A stretch of DNA of 64,000 nt from Thermoproteota archaeon (GTDB lineage Archaea; Asgardarchaeota; Jordiarchaeia; Jordiarchaeales; Freyrarchaeaceae), in NCBI GenBank assembly GCA_029258835.1, contig JAPDJY010000039.1, positions 99,615 to 163,614 on the forward strand. The letters are read 5' to 3'. A model generated the notes under the pieces. The model worked only from the letters and a program-made list of their open reading frames with translations, was not told the DNA's origin and ran no database searches. Shown piece by piece: positions 48,834 to 58,772 of this stretch; position 1 is the first letter of the stretch; each line of letters begins with the position of its first letter. The translations under genes were made by a program, and so were the position numbers.

Positions 48834-50249
48834 GTGAAAGAGAACGTGATCCAAGTAAGGGTTCGAGGGATATATTCGACTGCACTCTGTAAGCTTTTTC
48901 TAGATCATGGATTCACAATAACTCAAGCATCATCGGTTCTAGCTGAAAGATTAAACATTGAAAAGACCATGTACCCTCCAAACGTTGAAGTCTATGATAC
49001 TAAGAACAGGCAAGGGGTCGTGGTAGTTGGAGAAAGGGAGCCGCTAGAAAAAACACTTAATGCCATTAGAGAAGAAGTAGAGGATGTGGTGACAAGGAGG
49101 CCAAGCGTTAACCTTAATGCAATATACATGGGTCGCATAATAAGGAAGTTTAACGGAAAAGCGATTGCAGATATTGGACACATGAGGATCATTGTAACTC
49201 CACCATTTGCAGATGAAGGAAAAGTACAACTCTTAAGAATATCTGAAGTGGATCCTAAACCTATTGCATCCGGGAAGATATCCATCGCTGGAAAGTACGT
49301 AGTTCTAACCACCAACAACCAAATTGGTGTAAGCAATAAGATTAAAAGCAAGGATGTAAGGAAGATCCTGTACCACTTTGGAGAAAAAATGAAGCCGGTA
49401 AACATGGGCATTATTTTCAGAACCGCAGCAGGAAGCGTCGACCTCGCCCTGGTCTCCGAAGAAATAGAAAAAATAAGTAAAGAAATGGAGGAAGTTATTA
49501 ATATCTCAGCAAGTTTGGAGGAGCCAACCTTAGTTAGGGAAGGAGAGGCTGTTGTCGTCACCGAGTTCCCTGCAAGCGCCAAGAGAGCCCTCGATGACGT
49601 AAGAAAGAGCGTGGTTCCAACCGTTAAAGGACACCACTTTTACAAGGCTTCAGGGGATAACATAGCCTGTCTTGTTGACTTTGCAGAAGAGATTTTATCG
49701 AGGCATCCGGAGCTACACGGTGAAATCAGTAGCACTCTAGAAAGGAAGGTGCTAGAAAAGAACATTAGAAACGGAAACGAAGTTAAAATTGAGCATGTTA
49801 AACCTAATGGTAAAATAATTTACCTTTACGGGAGGGTTGCTCAAGCAAAACTTCCCCAAGGCGAGATAGTTATTAGGAGAACGTTTAGAGGTAAAGGTTA
49901 CTATGATGGGTTAAACGTACCGAAGGATCCAGGAGACCATGGAGTTACAATAATAATGCCAGAAGAATGGTTCTTCAAAACAGAATACTATTCTAAGGAT
50001 GGAACGTTTAAGGGAGCATTCTATAATATTAACACGCCCATAGAAGTCTACCCTCACAAAATACGTTACATAGACTTGGAGATAGATGTGGTGGAGTGGC
50101 CTGACGGAACGGTGAGAGTTATAGATCAAAGCACCTTAGAGGAGGCATATATTAAGGGATACATACCCAGAAAACTTAAGGAAAAAGCAGAAAAAGTGGC
50201 AGAAAGGATAATGAATGAAATAGTAAATCGGAGACGTATGGAAAAATAA
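48834..50249 (+). CDS. FAU-1 AU-rich RNA-binding ribonuclease (RNase E/G-like + DUF402)
   Basis: RVRGIYSTAL, PTVKGHH, YDGL, YNINTPIE, YIDLEIDVV. Confidence 0.9.
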   Translation: MKENVIQVRVRGIYSTALCKLFLDHGFTITQASSVLAERLNIEKTMYPPNVEVYDTKNRQGVVVVGEREPLEKTLNAIREEVEDVVTRRPSVNLNAIYMGRIIRKFNGKAIADIGHMRIIVTPPFADEGKVQLLRISEVDPKPIASGKISIAGKYVVLTTNNQIGVSNKIKSKDVRKILYHFGEKMKPVNMGIIFRTAAGSVDLALVSEEIEKISKEMEEVINISASLEEPTLVREGEAVVVTEFPASAKRALDDVRKSVVPTVKGHHFYKASGDNIACLVDFAEEILSRHPELHGEISSTLERKVLEKNIRNGNEVKIEHVKPNGKIIYLYGRVAQAKLPQGEIVIRRTFRGKGYYDGLNVPKDPGDHGVTIIMPEEWFFKTEYYSKDGTFKGAFYNINTPIEVYPHKIRYIDLEIDVVEWPDGTVRVIDQSTLEEAYIKGYIPRKLKEKAEKVAERIMNEIVNRRRMEK

Positions 50250-50289
50250 AAAAATTTTTGAAGGGGTTGCTTCATGATAATTTTAGAGT

Positions 50290-50428
50290 GCGGGGGTGCC
50301 CGAGTCTGGTCAAAGCTATTCGAGAAGCGGCTTAAGGGGGCAGGCTCAGGACCTGCTGGCGTAGGCGCTTAGGCGGCGTATGCCTGCGTGGGTTCACTTC
50401 GGGCCCATAAATCCCATCCCCCGCACCA
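50290..50428 (+). tRNA. tRNA-Leu(CAG) with three introns (50314-50334, 50365-50381, 50396-50408); CCA encoded; mature 88 nt
   Basis: Exons rebuild GCGGGGGTGCCCGAGTCTGGTCAAAGGGGGCAGGCTCAGGACCTGCTGGCGTAGGCCTGCGTGGGTTCAAATCCCATCCCCCGCACCA; each insert forms a BHB. Confidence 0.93.
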
Positions 50429-50566
50429 AATTGATATGAAATTCTAAAAAATTCTAAAAAAGAAGGCGTGTATTGTCTAAAACATTCCTCTAATTTTTCT
50501 TATTTTTAAGAAATTTAGAAATTTTTTTAAGAGTCGTACAGGAGATACTTTAGAGAGGGGTTCCTG

Positions 50567-51457
50567 ATGAGGTTAGAGTACTTCAGGACGCTAATTGAGG
50601 TGGCGAGGCGAGGAGGATTTTTAAAGGCTGCTAGAGGACTTGGTGTAACGCAGGCTACTGTAAGTAATCACATAGCGGCTCTGGAGAAATTTTTCGGAGT
50701 TGAACTTTTCGATAGGACGAAGCGAACTGTTAGTCTAACTAAGGAAGGAGAGATCCTGCTGGAAAAAGCCAAAGAAATTCTGAGGATTGTGAATGAAGCC
50801 AAGGAGGAACTAAAAAAAGTAAGTGAGGAAGAAGAGGGGACCATAAGGGTAGCGGCAAGCACTATTCCAGGAGAACACGTCTTACCGGGATTAATAGCGC
50901 AGTTTAAGAGGGAACACCCAAAGGTAAGTTTTGAAGTAAAAATTATGGATACAGGCACTGCATTAGAAGCCTTACTCCAAGGTGAAGCAGACTTGGCTGC
51001 AGTGGGAAGTTTAATGGGAAGAAGTACTAGAGAATTAGACGCTCTTCCCATTGGAAAGGAAAAATTGATTTTCATCTGTCCTGTTGAACATGAGTTAACT
51101 AGAAAGGAGGTGGTGACCCTTGACGATTGCTTGGCGTTTCCGTTCGTTTTTAGAGGAGTTAACTCGGGAACGCGAGCAGAAGTGGAGAAAAAATTTAAAG
51201 AAATAGGGGCTCCAGTCGAGAAGGTTAACATTTCACTTGAAGTAGGTAGTACAGAGGCGGTTATGACGGCTGTGTCGGAGGGGTTAGGGATAAGCGTTGT
51301 TTCCGAGATTGCTGCAAGGAAGGCGGAGGCAGCAGGACTCATAAAAATCCTTAACGTCAAGGGATGGGATGCTGAACGTACGCTTTACCTTGTTAGAGAT
51401 AAAAGCAAAAGGCCAACGCGAGGAGTTAAACTATTCTGGAATTTCTTGTCAAAATAG
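50567..51457 (+). CDS. LysR family transcriptional regulator
   Basis: FLKAARGLGVTQATVSNHIAALE, LFDR, AASTIPGEH, SGTR, GSTEAV. Confidence 0.93.
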   Translation: MRLEYFRTLIEVARRGGFLKAARGLGVTQATVSNHIAALEKFFGVELFDRTKRTVSLTKEGEILLEKAKEILRIVNEAKEELKKVSEEEEGTIRVAASTIPGEHVLPGLIAQFKREHPKVSFEVKIMDTGTALEALLQGEADLAAVGSLMGRSTRELDALPIGKEKLIFICPVEHELTRKEVVTLDDCLAFPFVFRGVNSGTRAEVEKKFKEIGAPVEKVNISLEVGSTEAVMTAVSEGLGISVVSEIAARKAEAAGLIKILNVKGWDAERTLYLVRDKSKRPTRGVKLFWNFLSK

Positions 51458-51477
51458 CAGGGGGGAGTTGATAGAGG

Positions 51478-52446
51478 TTACGATAGGAGGAGCCTTATTA
51501 GCAGGCGGGGGATTTCTGAAAACTTTTTCACAACCACAAAGCGTCCTTTCCCAGCTTTTGCAATCTTCTTACATGCTTCTAATCCATACTTGGCAATTTT
51601 TCCCTTACTTGGAGTTGCTATCACATGTAAGAGGGGGAACTTGGCAGCTACCAGTGTTGGGTCGCCTCCCACGTTCCACTCCCCGTCGGTTATTAGAATG
51701 CCCCACCGTTTCCCGCTGCGCTTCACCTTAGAAAGCTCCTTTAACCCCTTAGATAATCCATCGCTCATATTCGAGTAACCAAGAGCTTTTATGTCTAAGA
51801 TCTCCTCCACCACTCTCCCAATATCCTTTCGTTCATTCATGGCTTTAAGTATGAATGCCCTCGTACTAAAACCTATCACAGCGTAATTTTCGCTTCGCAT
51901 GTGGTAGGCCAGAACAGCCGTTGAAAGTGCAGCGTTAAATAGCTTCTCCTCGGTCATGCTCCCACTAGAGTCGAAAATAAGCACTCCAGATTTCGCCTGC
52001 GAACGCCTTTCCAATCCTACAATGTCTTCATAGGAAACATACCCTTTCTCCAAAAGAAAGTCTATTGTTGCTTCCTCATCAAACTCCATTAAGCCAGGGT
52101 AGTAAGGCACTTTTTTACGGAGAGGCCCCTTAAGGCCACGGCCACTAATCCTTAGGGAGGATTTAAGAATAGCCATTTTCGCAAGCCTTTTAAAAATGCG
52201 TTTATATTTTGGATTAAGGTTTCCCCGTAATAGCAAGTATATTTCAACTGGACTCTGCACTTCACCGTAGGAGATGCGTCTAGCAACGAGGAGTGCGGCA
52301 TCGGGGCTAGAGAGAGCATCGGCCACGGCAACTTTGTTAACCCTTGACAGGCCCTTTATCGCAGTGAGGTTGCTGCATTTCAAAGCCAGCTCCGCAGCGT
52401 TTTTTATGGAAACGTAATCCATGTTCCTTGCTAAGTCAGTATACAC
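51478..52446 (-). CDS. vWA domain protein (frame open upstream to 52563; possibly expressed as a -1 frameshift fusion with the MoxR ATPase)
   Basis: MIDAS motif DSSGSM, GYSN, LITDG. Confidence 0.88.
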   Translation of the reverse strand: MYTDLARNMDYVSIKNAAELALKCSNLTAIKGLSRVNKVAVADALSSPDAALLVARRISYGEVQSPVEIYLLLRGNLNPKYKRIFKRLAKMAILKSSLRISGRGLKGPLRKKVPYYPGLMEFDEEATIDFLLEKGYVSYEDIVGLERRSQAKSGVLIFDSSGSMTEEKLFNAALSTAVLAYHMRSENYAVIGFSTRAFILKAMNERKDIGRVVEEILDIKALGYSNMSDGLSKGLKELSKVKRSGKRWGILITDGEWNVGGDPTLVAAKFPLLHVIATPSKGKIAKYGLEACKKIAKAGKGRFVVVKKFSEIPRLLIRLLLS

Positions 52447-52516
52447 GTAAAGGGGGGCTTCACCTAAGGAAATTTCTTCTAGGAGGAGGTCTAGACGTGA
52501 AGGAAGCGTTGCACGC

Positions 52517-52563
52517 GGAAGTTCATCGGAGGCGGCAGCCGCCCCCTCCCTTACATAAAACCC
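52517..52563 (-). promoter_or_regulatory. Candidate -1 programmed ribosomal frameshift signal
   Basis: G GGT TTT heptamer (52563-52557) in the MoxR frame, 6-nt spacer, then GC stem-loop GGGA-GGGGGCGG-CTG-CCGCCTCC-GATGAAC-TTCC; the -1 frame is the vWA frame. Confidence 0.7.
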
Positions 52564-53414
52564 TCAAAACATTCATCAACTATTTCCTTTATGACTTCCT
52601 CAACTGTTTTGTCAACTCCGTCCTCTAGCTCAACACGTGTTCCAAGGGACATTATGGCGACTTGAGTCCAGAGTTCACGTATGTTAGTCTTAGACCCATC
52701 ATAATGAGATATGAGACGCACCATGTCAATTGCTCCTCTAACCGATGCCCCCCTACGTAGGTCCTCGTGAATGCGCGTAGCCCTAACTATTTTCACAGCT
52801 AAGCTAATCTTCTCTGGATCAGAACATCCTGACTTAAGGGCTACGATCTTTCTCTCTTCCTCCTCGCTTTGATAATCGAGGCGTATCCAGCAAAACCTGT
52901 CTCTCAAAGCTTCTCCTAGAGCCGTTACTCCTACATGTTCAAGAGGATTTTGCGTGGCAATGATGAAGAAGCCGGGCTTAGCTACGATCTCGCCTATTTT
53001 AGGAATCCCCAGTCTACCTTCGTCCATAACCGGTAAAAGCACATTCTGAGTTGATTCGCTTAATCTATTTATCTCGTTTATGAATAAAATTCCCCCTTCA
53101 AGCATTGCAAGTGTGAGAGGGCCCGGAACAAAAGCATCCTTCGTATAGCCGTACTTTAGAACGGCAGGAGGATCAAACCACCCAGTTAGTTTTGCCTCTG
53201 TGTAGCGTTCGTCACCATCTACGCGGAAAATCGGCTGGTTAAAGTATTTTGCAATGGCATCCGCTAGGGTGGTCTTACCGACACCAACCTCCCCCTCTAT
53301 TAGCAGGTGGCGCTCCGCTAACTTCGCAGCTAAAGCTTTCTTTAACTCCTCTAACCTGCCGACGATGTTGAAACGAGACTGTATCTCGCGAGCCATTTCA
53401 TCTATGGACTTCAT
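52551..53414 (-). CDS. MoxR family AAA+ ATPase
   Basis: LLIEGEVGVGKT, FVPGPL, NEINR, ATQNP, EALRDRF, GASVRGAID. Confidence 0.92.
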   Translation of the reverse strand: MKSIDEMAREIQSRFNIVGRLEELKKALAAKLAERHLLIEGEVGVGKTTLADAIAKYFNQPIFRVDGDERYTEAKLTGWFDPPAVLKYGYTKDAFVPGPLTLAMLEGGILFINEINRLSESTQNVLLPVMDEGRLGIPKIGEIVAKPGFFIIATQNPLEHVGVTALGEALRDRFCWIRLDYQSEEEERKIVALKSGCSDPEKISLAVKIVRATRIHEDLRRGASVRGAIDMVRLISHYDGSKTNIRELWTQVAIMSLGTRVELEDGVDKTVEEVIKEIVDECFEGFM

Positions 53415-53482
53415 GGAAGACCCCCGTTTAACACATTTTGCAAGATGCTTTTCAACGTTTGCCTAACGCAATCAGAAGGAGG

Positions 53483-54457
53483 TTATGCTAAGTCGGCTAT
53501 ATCAACGCCGCACTCGCTTATCCTATCCAACATATCAACTACAGTACTCACTGGAAGCGAAATCTTTACAGGTTGCCCCACGAGGGTCTTATAGGCTTCT
53601 TCAACAGCCTGATCTCTCTTAGGCTTCATATTAATAGTCTTCGCAGCGAGCACGCTATCCTTTCTGACAAGTGCCTCGATAGCATTAGAGTGCATTTCAT
53701 GTGCTATACGATTTATACGGGTGATGCTATCTAAAACGCTTTCAGGTATGTCAACATCTAAAAGCAGTCTGGTTTGCTCTGCTATTTTAACGGCGTAATC
53801 AGCCATAGTCTCTATGCTCTTGACAGCAACCCGGTAGTCTAAGCATTCTATAGGGGTAACACCAATCTTCTCGGCTAAACGAGGATCCACTATTGCAGAA
53901 CGAAGCTGGCGTACAATTAAGAAGTATAACCTGTCAACGTCTTCATCCCGAACCACCACATTTTCAGCAAGGCTAAGATCCTTATCTTTGACCGCTGCCA
54001 CAGCGTCATCCTGCATCTTCGCCGCTATAAGATACGTCCGTTTTATTGTACGTCTCAGCGGAACAGCAGACGGTGAAAGAAGACATTGCAAGGTGATCTC
54101 TTTAGCGCTTTCCTCAACTATTTCAACACCTACAAGCTGCTGCAAGGACCGCTTAATAGCGTCCCTTTGATCGGGAGTAATACCCGTTTTCGACCTGATC
54201 CTTATTATATCATATCCGTAAAGGAAGTTGGCTGTTATTTCCCTCGTGAAGTTTTCACCTACATCTATGATAGCCGTTTTAAGCTCTTCCTTCTCAGAAT
54301 AGCGAGGGTCCACTATAAGAGAGCCGTCACCACGCTCTATAATGGCTACAAGGTCGCCCTGCTTCAAACCCAAACGCTTAATCCAGTTCTTAGGAAGACT
54401 AAGCAAGTACGTACTACCACCTGTTTTTTGAAGTTTTCGAATTTCTATTTTCGACAT
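53483..54457 (-). CDS. phoU: Archaeal phosphate uptake regulator (AbrB + PhoU domains)
   Basis: RKLQKTGGSTYLLSLPKNW, DEDVDRLYFLIVRQ. Confidence 0.9.
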   Translation of the reverse strand: MSKIEIRKLQKTGGSTYLLSLPKNWIKRLGLKQGDLVAIIERGDGSLIVDPRYSEKEELKTAIIDVGENFTREITANFLYGYDIIRIRSKTGITPDQRDAIKRSLQQLVGVEIVEESAKEITLQCLLSPSAVPLRRTIKRTYLIAAKMQDDAVAAVKDKDLSLAENVVVRDEDVDRLYFLIVRQLRSAIVDPRLAEKIGVTPIECLDYRVAVKSIETMADYAVKIAEQTRLLLDVDIPESVLDSITRINRIAHEMHSNAIEALVRKDSVLAAKTINMKPKRDQAVEEAYKTLVGQPVKISLPVSTVVDMLDRISECGVDIADLA

Positions 54458-54771
54458 AAAATAACCTCCTTTTTTTAGGATCATGAAAGCAACCTAAATA
54501 TCAGAAGGATAATGATTATAGACAATATATATTTTTTATGTATGACAAAAAACACGGTGTTTTCTCGGAACATATTGAAAAAAGAAAATTATTAAGAAGA
54601 AAACACCTAATTTCTTAACCTTTACTTGGAAATCGCCAAATCAATAAATTAGTAGGAAGTAAAAAGTAGCCAAGAGATACTTGTCAGTGAACTAGTTACG
54701 AAGAAGGAAATGCCTCTATAACACGTAAAAACTTAAAGATGAGGAAGAGTATAGGAACTTGAGGCGGGAAC

Positions 54772-56295
54772 TTGACAGAAGTAGCCTACACCGCGAAGAA
54801 GACAATTAAAGACATTTTAGCAGCAGGGGTGCAGCTCACTCCAGAAGCACTGAAAATAATTCTTTCGTTAAAAAACCCCGCCGTGGTATTAGAAATAGTG
54901 GAGGAGGCAAAAAAAGCTAGTGAGGCAGTTGTCCTAACAAGGAGAGACGTGGAGGAAATAATCAGGAATAAAAAAAGTAGTGTTGAAGGCTTTAATGTGC
55001 AAGTAGGCAGGAAGGAGAGGGGGGGCGTTGCATCCCCGGTGATCCAAAGCGTCCTTGAGTCAGAACCAAACATTACTGCTAAAGACGTAGAGGAGGACTT
55101 TCAAGTCATCTTAGATCCCACATCTAGGATAGGGTCGAACGGAACCTTAGACGATTTCATAAAGTATTTTAGAGATAGGTATATGCGCCTTTCAAACATT
55201 TTCTTAAGAAGGGGAGACATAAAAAGGTTCTACAAAATATCAGAAATAGACGGAATTAAAGAGGGGCAAATAATAGGGATGGTAAGGGAAATTTCAAAGA
55301 CGCGCAGCGGAGCAGTAATCTTAGAGTTAGAAGATTTAGAAGCATCCATCAAAGTGATGATTCCAGAAGATATTGCCGGTAAAGCCAGAAACCTGATGCT
55401 GGACCAAGTGGTCTGCATAGAGGGAAAAAGTAATGGAAACCTATTCATAGCGAATAACATTCTCTGGCCTGACGTGCCCTTTAACCATAAACCAAGGAGG
55501 GCAGAAGACCCTGTGCTGGCAGTTTTCATATCGGACACACACGTTGGAAGCAGAGAATTTCTGGAAAAACCATTCAGAAAGTTCCTAGAGTGGCTGCAAG
55601 GAGACAGAGGCGATGAAAAAACAAGAGAACTAGCCAAACGAGTTAAATACCTAATTATAGCAGGAGACATTGTCGACGGAGTCGGAGTATATCCTGGACA
55701 GGAGGAAGACCTCATCATCGACGAACTCTACACTCAGTACGAAGCCACAGCCAGGTATCTTGAAGATGTACCAGACTACATAAAAATAATAGCAATACCA
55801 GGAGGGCATGATGCAACAAGGCAAGCACTCCCCCAGCCGGCAATACCCAAAGAGTATGGTGAACCCCTATACGAGATAGGAGTAGAAATACTCGGAAACC
55901 CGGCGCACTTCAGGATCCATGGAGTAGAAGTCTTGGCTTTTCACGGAGATTCCTTAAACGACGTCCTAATAGCACTCTCAATAGAGCAGAGCCAACCCCA
56001 GAAAGCAATGGTAGAACTTCTCAGAGGAAGGCACCTAGCTCCAATCTACGGATCAACGCCAATAGCACCCGAACCAGTAGACTTCTTAGTAATAGAAAAA
56101 ATCCCCGACATACTTCACTGCGGGCACCTCCATGTTAACGGACAGGAAAACTACAGGGGAATAACGGTAATAAACTCAGGGACGTTCCAAGCACAAACGA
56201 GCTACCAGAAATCCATGGGGTTAACGCCGACGCCGGGTAAGCCATACATTGTAAACTTGCAAAACTTAAAAGTAACCCAGTTAGAGTTCGCCTAG
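54772..56295 (+). CDS. polB: DNA polymerase D small subunit DP1
   Basis: YFRDRY, ISDTHVGS, AGDIVDGVGVYPGQ, GGHD, FHG, HLAP, HCGHLH, NSGTFQ. Confidence 0.95.
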   Translation: MTEVAYTAKKTIKDILAAGVQLTPEALKIILSLKNPAVVLEIVEEAKKASEAVVLTRRDVEEIIRNKKSSVEGFNVQVGRKERGGVASPVIQSVLESEPNITAKDVEEDFQVILDPTSRIGSNGTLDDFIKYFRDRYMRLSNIFLRRGDIKRFYKISEIDGIKEGQIIGMVREISKTRSGAVILELEDLEASIKVMIPEDIAGKARNLMLDQVVCIEGKSNGNLFIANNILWPDVPFNHKPRRAEDPVLAVFISDTHVGSREFLEKPFRKFLEWLQGDRGDEKTRELAKRVKYLIIAGDIVDGVGVYPGQEEDLIIDELYTQYEATARYLEDVPDYIKIIAIPGGHDATRQALPQPAIPKEYGEPLYEIGVEILGNPAHFRIHGVEVLAFHGDSLNDVLIALSIEQSQPQKAMVELLRGRHLAPIYGSTPIAPEPVDFLVIEKIPDILHCGHLHVNGQENYRGITVINSGTFQAQTSYQKSMGLTPTPGKPYIVNLQNLKVTQLEFA

Positions 56296-57530
56296 AAGCG
56301 TAACCCATCATCTAGGGCAAGTTTCCTTATCATAGGATCCTCGTCCAGAACATCTCTAATTTGGCTTACAGGAACGTTAATCTTCACCTCCTTCGACAGG
56401 CCGTGCCGTCCCCTGCTCTTAAGATGGGCTGAAACCACACCAAGCATGTCAAGCTCGTTTATAAGCCCACTAATCCTCCTCTGGGTTAACGGCTCAACAT
56501 GAAGATACCTGCAAACATCCAAATAGTAATTGTAAATGTCCCCCGTCCTAGCGCGCCCTTTCCCCTGCTTAGTTAAGGCAAAAATGGTGTAAAGAACCAG
56601 CTTAGAATGCATGGGCAGCGTCCTCAAAGCCTCCGTCACATGGTCACGCTCAATCACTCGCTGGGCAGCTCTAACATGATCCTCCGTAACCTTCTCCGCT
56701 CCTTCACGCTCAGCAAGCTCCCCTGCAACCCTCAACAAGTCTAACGCCCGACGGGCGTCGCCATGCTCCTTAGCAGCTATAGCAGCGCAAAGATTTATAA
56801 CGCCATCCTCCAAGACTCTATCCCTGAAAGCCAGGCGGGCACGTTGCCAAAGAATGTCCTTAAGCTCAGATGCAGTATATGGAGGGAAAACCAGCTCTTC
56901 TTCTCCTAGGCTACTCAGCACCCTAGGATCAAGACTATCCTTAAACGTCAAGTCGTTAGTAATACCTATTATGCTAACACGTGCTTGCTTAAGCACGGTA
57001 TGATTCATCCTAGTAAGGTCGTAGAGCACGTTGCTGCCATCCCTCTCAACCAACCGCTCAACCTCGTCGAGAACTATAAACATTAACACGTCCCTGCTGT
57101 CAAGAGCACCCTTAAACCTGCTGTAAACTTCATCGGTGGGCAACCCAGTAAACGGAACCTCAACCCCCAGATACGAGCAAAGCCTAGCCAAAACACGGTA
57201 ATTAGTATTAACGATCCTACAGTTAAGGTAAGCAGGCACGGGCTCCGGCACCCCAAGTTCACGGCACTTCATAACTAAATGCTTAAGAACATACCTCACG
57301 ACGGCAGTTTTACCCGTACCCGTCTTCCCATAAATAAAAACGTTCGAAGGCGTACCTCCCTTAAGCGCAGACGCCAAAATGAGACCTACCTTCTCGATTT
57401 GCTCATCCCTATGAGGTAACTTGTCAGGAACATACGTGTGGCTCAAGACATCACGATTCTTGAAAATCTTGGTCGAAAGGAACCTCTCAAAAACAGCCTC
57501 AAGGGAACGGTCACTCAACTCAACCACCAC
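56292..57530 (-). CDS. cdc6: Orc1/Cdc6 replication initiator
   Basis: YVPDKLPHR, YGKTGTGKT, LDEVE, LDPRVLSSLGEEELVFPPY, HGDARRALDLL, wHTH. Confidence 0.97.
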   Translation of the reverse strand: MVVELSDRSLEAVFERFLSTKIFKNRDVLSHTYVPDKLPHRDEQIEKVGLILASALKGGTPSNVFIYGKTGTGKTAVVRYVLKHLVMKCRELGVPEPVPAYLNCRIVNTNYRVLARLCSYLGVEVPFTGLPTDEVYSRFKGALDSRDVLMFIVLDEVERLVERDGSNVLYDLTRMNHTVLKQARVSIIGITNDLTFKDSLDPRVLSSLGEEELVFPPYTASELKDILWQRARLAFRDRVLEDGVINLCAAIAAKEHGDARRALDLLRVAGELAEREGAEKVTEDHVRAAQRVIERDHVTEALRTLPMHSKLVLYTIFALTKQGKGRARTGDIYNYYLDVCRYLHVEPLTQRRISGLINELDMLGVVSAHLKSRGRHGLSKEVKINVPVSQIRDVLDEDPMIRKLALDDGLRF

Positions 57531-57626
57531 CCTCCCTTAGCTCCAGTGGAAACAGAGGTACATAAGCGTTACGGACGGGCAAATATATCCATTAGTATTA
57601 CAGCGAGAACATGGACCAGAGCGCAG

Positions 57627-58079
57627 CTACGGGAGAAGTTGAAGAAGCTCGCTAAACCTAGAGGTCTTAAACCGGGAGCTATCCTTAACCCGGTAATAAT
57701 ACTGTTTCTTCGTCCCCCTACGCTCCAAGCAACCCTCACCACTATAAAGCCTCGCCAAATAAGTGGAGATAACACTCAGAGAAGTATCCCCAAAAACCCG
57801 GGTGAACTGCTCATAAACATCATTAGAAGTAAACCACCCATACTGGAAGTACTTCAGCAAAATGAGCTCAACCTTATCCTTCATCGACAGATTGTCAGGG
57901 TCAGGATACAATTCAAGCTCAGAACCACCCTCTAACACCTTACCCTCAGACAGCTTCTCAGAAAGCTCCTCAACCAAGGACGCCGCCAGCTGGGGGGAAA
58001 CGTCGCCTTCAAGAGTCAGAACAGCCTTCCTATTACGTTCAGTATCGACTATCTCGATCTTGTAGCGTTTCGCCCCCAA
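57627..58079 (-). CDS. Winged-helix DNA-binding protein upstream of cdc6
   Basis: WFTSNDVYEQF...LSVISTYLARLY...LERRG...YYYRV; start moved to TTG 58079. Confidence 0.75.
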   Translation of the reverse strand: MGAKRYKIEIVDTERNRKAVLTLEGDVSPQLAASLVEELSEKLSEGKVLEGGSELELYPDPDNLSMKDKVELILLKYFQYGWFTSNDVYEQFTRVFGDTSLSVISTYLARLYSGEGCLERRGTKKQYYYRVKDSSRFKTSRFSELLQLLP

Positions 58080-58288
58080 CTGGCACACCATCCACTGGAA
58101 ATCAAGGTGAGTTAGATCTTCTATTTGGCAGTATATATGTTTATCTATTACTCCGAGAACGTGAAGCAAGAAAGGCAGGCAGAGAAGCGAACCACCAGCA
58201 AACCTAAGACAAAATGCAACACCCGTCAGCAACAACTCAAGACCCAAAACAACTCAAAGGCCTCCCAAAACAACCCAAACACTCAGAA

Positions 58289-58714
58289 AGTTAACGCAGA
58301 CCCCTTAAAAGAGAAAAAAAGAGAAAAAGACTGCCAAATGGAAGCAAGAAAACTATACTGCAAATGTAACATGAAACTGTGAACTTGTTAACCTAATAAC
58401 GTGCCTATCCAGCAAAGAAATAAAAGGAAAATAAAAGGTCTTATTTATGAAAAGAGGAAAATAAAAACATGTTAACAATAAAATAGGTTAAAAAATGGAA
58501 GTTTGACGAAAAAGAATAATTTTCTCCATTGATATTAAGAATAGACGTTAACAGAACGTGTTAACAACGGAAAGCAAGGAAAAGATCATCCAGATTTTAC
58601 CTCCACTTGAAGCAAAGGGGTTACATTTTAACTAGGAAAATCACCTTATAAACGGCAAAGAACTAGTGTTTTTTTGGGGGAAGGCGTTCTTCACATGATG
58701 TTAACGTGTTAACA
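58289..58714. repeat. Cluster of seven (T)GTTAAC(A) palindromes inside the origin region
   Basis: Copies at 58289, 58386, 58470, 58546, 58559, 58699, 58707. Confidence 0.6.
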
Positions 58715-58772
58715 TGTCGAGATGATTTTGAAAACACAAGTATACTTTAAAGAGAAAGTGGAAAGGGAACGG

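Noticed and set aside
52459-52473. 15-nt match (TTCACCTAAGGAAAT) to the IS right-end/flank junction near 1922-1936 (minus strand), as a TnpB target
   Set aside because: A few 15-mer coincidences are expected by chance in 64 kb on two strands, and no TTTAT TAM precedes it.
50428-53414. Integrated element at tRNA-Leu(CAG)
   Set aside because: I found no integrase and no duplicated tRNA 3' end in the window.
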